The position numbers and the translations under genes are program-made. Shown here in pieces: positions 55,977 through 64,000 of a stretch of 64,000 nt of DNA. The first letter of the stretch is position 1; each line of letters starts with the position of its first letter. The notes below the pieces were generated by a model. The model saw only the letters and a list, made by a program, of their open reading frames with translations, did no database searches and had not been told where the DNA came from. Source of the stretch: Octopus vulgaris (Eukaryota); contig OX597814.1 of assembly GCA_951406725.2 (NCBI GenBank), positions 91,574,001-91,638,000 of the forward strand, written 5' to 3'.

Positions 55977-56257
55977 GCGCATGGCTCAGTCGTTAGAGCG
56001 TCTAGCTTACGATCGTGAGGTTGTGAGTTCGAATCCCGGCCCGGGCTGCGTGTTGAGTTCTTGTGCAAGACACTTTATTTCACGTTGCTCCAGTTCAGCT
56101 GTAGAAATGAGTTGCGACGTCACAGGTGCCAAGCTGTATCGGCCTTTGCCTTTCCCTTGGATAACACTTGTGGCGTGGAGAGGGGAGGCTGATATGTATG
56201 GGCGACTACTGGTCTTCCATAAGCAACCTTGCCCGGATTTGTGACAAGGAGGGTAAA
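55977..56257 (+). mobile_element. tRNA-derived SINE
   Basis: It has box A TGGCTCAGTCG and box B GAGTTCGAATCCC, followed by the gcaagacactttatttcacgttgctccagttca core shared with 13412-13731. Confidence 0.9.
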
Positions 56258-59200
56258 AATTGCGACCAGTACAGCAGTCTTATAGGTATTTTAACATGAA
56301 TACACCTATGTGTTATACAGAATAGCAATTCCTCCAGCTAATTGCCTTAACGCTTACACAAATAATGATTTAAAATTTTCGCACAAGGCCATCAACACTA
56401 AGGGAGGGTGAAAGTTGATTATATCGCCCCCAGATTAGATCGCCCCAGTACTCATAAAATAAGACCAGTTTTAAATGCCTCACTGAAATAGTTTAGAAGT
56501 AGCAATGTGTGTCGTGTGTTTTTTTGCGCGCGCGTATTTTTAATGGCAAGTGGTTAAGCCAAGGTTTATTGCTCAGTCATGCAATGAAAGAAAGAATTTG
56601 ACCTAGAGACAATAACTCCTATCTATTAATCTCTTTATCTTTATTTACATTCATACTTACACACGCATACAAACTCACACACGCAAATATACACACACAT
56701 ACATGCACACATACTCACCGATACATATATACATTTTCAGGACTGTTCTGTTGGTTTCCATTATTTTTTGAATTAATTGATGTCTCTAAGGTGGCAAAAT
56801 CTATGATTATTTATCATAAAGGTGAATCTATTACACTTTTTAAGAAGTCAAGAGACATCTGTATACTGAAAAAGAGCCTCTTTATGCCAGATAACTGGGA
56901 GGTGGAGGGCCACCCTCTACTGAATGCTACACACCCTTCGTAGCAGGGGTTCCAATGTCCAACGAGGTCCCAGAACAGTTGCCCTTTTTTCGGCTTCTCT
57001 CTCCAATACATGAATCGCTCTTTTTCTTGATCTCGATTGTAGGTAGGGCACAGTGTATCTAACCATAATCACAGAATATCCCCTGGGCAAGTATTTTCAG
57101 CTGGATATTTACTGAATCAGTACAATTTTTAATGGAAATTTCTAACTAGATGTCTTTGCATATGATGGTACATTTAGTAAATAGACATACGTGCTGACAG
57201 TGTTTAGACATATATCGTTTTGTCTAAATTGGAAGTCTCACTCTTATGTTATATACGATGAGATTGAATTATTTGCGATCCATGTAACAGATGTTGCAGT
57301 CATCTGATTAATTTAAAATTAGATGAAACTCCCTAAGAAAATATTTTACTTTCCGTTATTCTACGCTTCGATAATTTGATTTCTTCCATTTTAGCACTAA
57401 TCTGTACTTTCCCTACTTCCAATATGTTTTCACTTCAAAGAGTGAAAGAATCAGTTTCTATACTTACAATATATATTGATATTATTGATATTTTAACACA
57501 AATCGATTTGGGACATGGGGAAAAACTATTTAGAGAAATATTACGCACAAACACGTCAGCTCGATTATGTATTTCTGATGATTATGTGTATGCTTAAGTG
57601 TAAGTGTGTAGGGAGAAAGAGAGAATGATAGATACATGAGGTAAGTATTGTTTATATATAGATTGATGTCATTATTTTATAGCTTTATGTGTATATGTGC
57701 AAATTATTTGTATGTATATTAAATGAATACATGCGCTAAATATTCACATAATAACCGTAACTTGTTGAGATTAACAACTTCAGATCATTGCAAGTAATAA
57801 ATGAAATGAGGATAATTCAGTGAATTCAGAAAATATCCTTTAGAATTAAGAAGATAGTTTCATAGAATTCAAAAATTAGGAAAAAAACCACTAATTATTT
57901 TGCTAGGTGGATCAAATTATCCTTCTCTGCTTCTCTCACTGTAGCAAGTAATCCATTAATGTAAATTCGGAATTACACTGTTTATCTTAACCTAGATATG
58001 TTTTAATTACAAGAGTAAGATGCTCACGTAAAATTACTGCTAAGAGTAAGCATTTCATTATTTGATAATCGTAACAGTGGAATGAACGCAAAATACAAAA
58101 CGAATTGTTATGGCACTTATTAAACGATTAGAAATTGTAATTAAGTACAGTGTTACATGCATGTGAGCAGAAGCTTAAGGTACGATACACGTTCATAGTG
58201 TTTGTCTTTCCGTTACAAGACCAGTTGTCTTCCGATAGTGATGTAAACAATAGTGCTTATATGTTCCAAGAGAAAACATGACGTTACCGTTCATTGTAAC
58301 TATCGCAGTATTCTACCAAAACAACCACTGAATGCGAGTTTGACCTTTAAATTTCCAAAGATTTCTAACGCTTTTGACTTCACTAGTGTCAGTTAGCGTA
58401 GATATGAAATCATATATAAAAATATTAAGTATATGATTTAACTCATTAAACACAGTTCAAAAAATACATTCATATTTATGTAACTGGAGGAAACAAGATA
58501 TTAAAAAATATTATAGTTTTTATTACTCATGTTGCTATACAATTTGTTTCGTACAGAAAGACAGAGATTTTCATATTAAAAAATCCGATTTGTCAGAAAG
58601 TACTCGTCGGTAGCTAAGATAAAAACTAAAATGACGTTAGCTGTGGTGTTATTAATCGTTTTGTAATGAGCTCTTGTTTCTTGTTCTTCGAGCCATGTCT
58701 ATTTTAAACAAGACTAAAAAATATAAATTGGGTGCTAATAATATTAAAATATTAAAGGGTGACATTCTCTCTATAACTTTTTACATATGAGCTAATATAA
58801 AATTCCGTAAATGAAGTAAATTAAATGGCGAGGCTGTATTTTTAGGATACGACCATCAAATAAGGTTCTAATGAATTTTGAAATACAAAATACTAAGATT
58901 ATATTTAACCGTCAATTATCAAGACTTAATAAGTAATTCGAAAAAATGCTTAACAGTAATCAATAATAATTTCAGGTTTGCAAAATTTATAATTAGATTA
59001 TTTGTTGTAAACAATGGGTCTGATATTTATAGAAAAAATATGTGTAATAATTCGGAATTTATCATCTAGTTACAATATAAAAAGATTTGAATCAGGTATT
59101 GGAGTATATACTAAACGGTTAAAAAATAAAAGTAAAATTGAAGATGAAAGGGAATTTACTTACGTTATCAACAACTAAAAAGTATATAAAGCGGTATCAA

Positions 59201-59537
59201 GTTATTTTTTAATTAATTTTGAAAAAAATTGTTTATTATTGTAGAGATCATAGGAAAACTATAGCATGATGTTATAGGATTTTGATGTAGTGTAGGAGAT
59301 ATAGTAATTAATGGAAAATTGGAGACTTACATATATTTTTTAAAAAAATAAAACGTTAATACATTGACATCAGATATACATGAATATGTACTCTCAAATT
59401 TTATGTCTCTTACATACCATTATACATAAGTTTAAGCGTAAACGTACTGATATAGCCAAATATACATATACACACGATTTTTGTATATACAAACACACAC
59501 GAATAAATACTTACCTATACATTGTATACACACACAC

Positions 59538-59576
<39 letters not shown>

Positions 59577-59653
59577 TGCAGCGTGGAAGGTGTTTATAAG
59601 CCATTTAAGAAACACACAAAAGCCGTTCGATTCACTTCAACATTTAAGTTTAA

Positions 59654-59703
59654 TTTGTCAAAATATTTTCGTCGCTAAAATCCGCGACCTGTTCACTGAC
59701 AAA
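59654..59703 (-). ncRNA. Hammerhead-like motif with a G3-C8 core
   Basis: The motif is tttgtca-GTGAACA-g-gtcgc(ggatttta)gcgac-GAA-AATATT-T-tgacaaa. The mirror copy is at 63779-63828 (+). Confidence 0.8.
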
Positions 59704-60690
59704 AATCCGTGCTGCATCTGAGAAAGTAACAGTTAGTTCGTTATATATATGTACGTATGTATGTGTGTATGTATGCATACATGTGTGTATGTATGTACGT
59801 ATGCATGTACGTACATACGCCTGTGTATGCATGTATGTATGTATGTATGTATGTATGTATGTATGTATGTATGTATGTATGTATTTATGTATATATGTAT
59901 GTGTGTGTATATGCACGCACATACACTCTATAAACATAAAGCTATAAACCTGTAGCTATGGATAGAAGTAGAGTGACCACTCATCACAATACTATCAAAT
60001 TTCAACTTCCTCCGGCCGAAGCCTGGAAGTGATTTACGACCCTTACTCCCAAAACTATACCCTAAAACCTATTATCAGATCTTTATCTCTATATCACAGA
60101 ACTTTTGTTTTACTATTGTGCGTATGTATGTATGTGCGTATGTATGTATGTATGTATGTATGTATGTATGTATGTGTGTATGTATGTGTGTATGTACATA
60201 CGTACGCATGTGCGTATGTACGCATACGTGCACGTATGCATGTGCCCATGTATGTGTGTGCGTACATGTACGTGCGTATGTACGTGTGTATGCCCATACG
60301 TAGGTATGTATGTATGTTTGTACTCATGTGCTACGTATGTATGTGAGTGTCTAGGAGAATGGCCAGACGTGTCTGTGAGAGTGTGTACATGTGTATGTGA
60401 ACATATGTCCGTGTACTGGCATGTGTCCGTCCAAGTTGTGTACATGACTGTTACTTTGTTGAAGGTTGTATACATATTCACATATATGTTTGTATAGACG
60501 CACACACATACATATCTGTGTGTGGGTGTGTGTTTGTTCCTCTCATCACCGTCTAACCGTGAATGGATACAACGCCTGTACATAGGCGTTGTATCAAACA
60601 ACGTACGCTCATACTGTTATATATAACTGCACATACGCATTGCAACCTGTATGTAAGGACTACAAGTAAACGAGAGAGAGAGAGGGGTGG

Positions 60691-61384
60691 TTATAGAATA
60701 GTCCTTCTGAATGGGATCTGGATGTTACTCCATTCGGACTTTCGGTTGAGAGTAGGTTTGTATTCTTGTATACAAACAGCTTCTGTGACCTGTCTCAACA
60801 TTGCATCGGTGGGATGTGTTGATAGGATGTTCAACTTAAGTTTCCCTAAGGATCCCTTGTGGCAGTCTACAGCATGTTGGTAGAAGATGGAGTTTGGCTT
60901 CCTTTCAATGTAGTTGTCCAGCTGTTCTTTGAACGTATCATTGATGCTTCTAGAAGTCTCACCTATGTATGATTCTGGGTTAGTCGCGCAAGCTTCCTCC
61001 TGGCACTTAATCTGGTATACAGTGCCCTTGGTTTTACAATTTACATGTGGATTTGTCGAACATACTGCACAATTACTTTGACAGATGATACTATCAAATG
61101 GATATGACCTGCATAATGCCGATTTGATAGTCCTACCTGTCTTTTCTGCAACTTTAATTTTTAGGCCCGTAGTGCGCAGGATTTTCTTGAATGCCTTACT
61201 TAGCTCGTTCTTAGGTGTGGCGTCAACGAACATTACTCCGTGAAATCTCCTGTTATCGTACCAAGTAACGTTTCTCATCCTTTTGTTGGTGTCCCTCTCT
61301 AACCTATTCCAGAACTTGTTGCGGTATAGGGGGCATACACCGTTTTCGTCGTTCCTTAGAATGCGTTCGAATCTAGCTTTCGCT
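60691..61384 (-). pseudogene. Inverted copy of the PLE linker and intact GIY-YIG endonuclease domain
   Basis: The open frame reads GTVYQIKCQEEACATNPESYIGETSRSIND...H..DCH...RQVTEAVCIQEYKPTLN. Confidence 0.92.
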
Positions 61385-61389
61385 AGCCG

Positions 61390-62778
61390 GACTACTCACC
61401 TTCAAGTGCACACGACATTAGAACCACCATCGCACATGCTATCGGTGTCAGCCTGAGATTTACGCTAAAAACACATATTTTTAAATTTGACATCAAACTG
61501 TATAGGCAAACGAAAGGCGGTGCTATTGGAGTGGGGATCGCCGGTGACGTTGCAAACCTCTTCATGGTATGGTGGGACAAACATTTTAAACAGTGCCTAG
61601 CAAACCGTAACATCCACTTGGCTATGTACTCTCGTTACGTCGACGACATTAACCTTGTTGTGAAATATAATACAGACACAGTTATGGGCCCTCTACCAAG
61701 TGAAGAACAGGTGATGACATCTATACAACACATAGCTGACTTTATCCACAGCAGTATAAAATTTACCATAGACTACCCCTCTAAACACCCCAGTAAACGA
61801 TTACCCGTCCTAGATACTGAGCTATGGATGGAAGATGCTATGATTAATGGAACCATTAAACCCTGTATACTCCACTCACACTATCAGAAACCGATGGCTA
61901 ATCCACTAGTAATCCGTAGTGACTCAGTTATGTCGGATACTGCCAAACTCAACATCCTAGTGGCAGATTTAATTAGAGTAATGAGGAATGTATCACCACT
62001 ATGCCAACCACAAGAACGACAACAACACATCCAGCACTACATATTCCGAATGCAACGCTCCGGATACACACAAGACGATAGAGTCTGGGTGTACAAAAGA
62101 GCGAAAGCTAGATTCGAACGCATTCTAAGGAACGACGAAAACGGTGTATGCCCCCTATACCGCAACAAGTTCTGGAATAGGTTAGAGAGGGACACCAACA
62201 AAAGGATGAGAAACGTTACTTGGTACGATAACAGGAGATTTCACGGAGTAATGTTCGTTGACGCCACACCTAAGAACGAGCTAAGTAAGGCATTCAAGAA
62301 AATCCTGCGCACTACGGGCCTAAAAATTAAAGTTGCAGAAAAGACAGGTATGACTATCAAATCGGCATTATGCAGGTCATATCCATTTGATAGTATCATC
62401 TGTCAAAGTAATTGTGCAGTATGTTCGACAAATCCACATGTAAATTGTAAAACCAAGGGCACTGTATACCAGATTAAGTGCCAGGAGGGAGCTTGCGCGA
62501 CTAACCTAGAATCATAAGAAGCATCAATGATACGTTCAAAGAACAGCTGGACAACTACATTGAAAGGAAGCCAAACTCCATCTTCTACCAACATGCCCGT
62601 AGACTGCCACAAGGGATCCTTAGGGAAACTTAAGTTGAACATCCTATCAACACATCCCACCGATGCAATGTTGAGACAGGTCACAGAAGCTGTTTGTATA
62701 CAAGAATACAAACCTACTCTCAACCGAAAGTCCGAATGGAGTAACATCCAGATCCCATTCAGAAGGACTATTCTATAA
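61390..62778 (+). pseudogene. PLE reverse transcriptase plus GIY-YIG endonuclease (partial, frameshifted)
   Basis: Motifs include YRQTKGGAIG, YSRYVDD, LPVLD and HYQKP, a Cys-rich linker CQSNCAVC..C, and GTVYQIKC. A 16-nt deletion removes the YIGET motif in this arm. Confidence 0.93.
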
Positions 62779-64000
62779 CCACCCCTCTCTCTCTCTCGTT
62801 TACTTGTAGTCCTTACATACAGGTTGCAATGCGTATGTGCAGTTATATATAACAGTATGAGCGTACGTTGTTTGATACGTACAGTTGCACTTAGGCGTTG
62901 TATCCATTCACGGTTAGACGGTGATGAGAGGAACAAACACACACCCCCACACAGATATGTATGTGTGTGCGTCTATACAAACATATATGTGAATATGTAT
63001 ACAACCTTCAACAAAGTAACAGTCATGTACACAACTTGGACGGACACATGCCAGTACACGGACATACGTTCACATACACATGTACACACTCTCACAGACA
63101 CGTCTGGCCATTCTCCTAGACACTCACATACATACGTAGCACATGAGTACAAACATACATACATACCTACGTATGGGCATACACACGTACATACGCACGT
63201 ACATGTACGCACACACATACATGGGCACATGCATACGTGCGCGTATGCATACTTACGCACATGCGTACGTATGTACATACACACATACATACATACATAC
63301 ATACATACATACATGCATACATACATACATACATACATACATACATACATACGCACATACATACGCACATACATACATACGCACAATAGTAAAACAAAAG
63401 CTCTGTGATATAGAGATAAAGATCTGATAATAGGTTTTAGGGTATAGTTTTGGGAGTAAGGGTCGTAAATCACTTCCAGACTTCGGCTGGAGGAAGTTGA
63501 AATTTGATAGTATTGTGATGAGTGGTCACTCTACATCTATCCATCGCTACAGGTTTATAGCTTTATGTTTATAGAGTGTATGTGCGTGCATATACACACA
63601 CATACATATATACATACATACATACATACATACATACATGCATACATACATGCATACACAGGCGTATGTACGTACATGCATACGTACATACATACACACA
63701 TGTATGCATACATGCACACATACATACGTACATATATATGACGAACTAACAGTTACTTTCTCAGATGCAGCACGGATTTTTGTCTGTGAACAGGTCGTGG
63801 ATTTTAGCGACGAAAATATTTTGACAAATTAAACTTAAATGTTGAAGTGAATCGAACGGCTTTTGTGTGTTTCTTATATGGCTTATAAACACCTCCCACG
63901 CTGCAATTGTTTTCGTTTCAGCACACGATCTCAGATCAAGTTACTTGCTATGCGAGTACCTCTCCTAAATATATACAGTTGAGGCCAAAATGTTCAGAAC

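Larger units (their letters stand above)
59572..63967 (+). mobile_element. 5'-truncated Penelope-like element (Neptune-like) with a 1.8-kb inverted duplication
   Basis: 59572-61384 is the reverse complement of 62100-63910. The unique centre 61385-62099 encodes the RT 3' half. There is an unpaired tail at 63911-63967, and (TA)n at the left junction. Confidence 0.95.

Noticed and set aside
55977-56047. tRNA gene (also the heads near 13660-13730, 28165-28234 and 52005-52077)
   Set aside because: The cloverleaves are imperfect and continue into shared SINE body sequence, so these are SINE heads.

Overview
AT-rich, microsatellite-dense eukaryotic DNA. The SINE types and repeat landscape suggest an octopus/coleoid cephalopod (inference). 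The only host gene I can support is a minus-strand class B1 (secretin-family, CRF/DH44-receptor-like) GPCR, seen as three spliceable exons at 20150-20235, 18503-18638 and 6000-6041 (TM5 to TM7). Its other exons were not found in the window. The rest is mostly decayed mobile DNA: Tc1, maT and mariner remnants, a Chapaev3-like element, MULEs, Helitrons, RTE, R4/Dong and Tx1-like LINEs, tRNA-derived SINEs and MITEs. The striking structure is a set of Penelope-like (PLE) insertions at (TA)n tracts with one shared layout: inverted arms, a minimal type-I hammerhead ribozyme (HHR) in each arm, and a one-sided tail (15.9-17.4, 23.8-24.7, 42.3-45.2 and 59.6-64.0 kb). Two of these have no ORF. One has captured a 235-bp copy of nearby DNA. 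One carries a hammerhead whose C3-G8 core pair is swapped to G3-C8. An RTE 3' region also contains a tandem array of compact H-type pseudoknots. All alignments and folds were done by eye, so boundaries of decayed elements are approximate.
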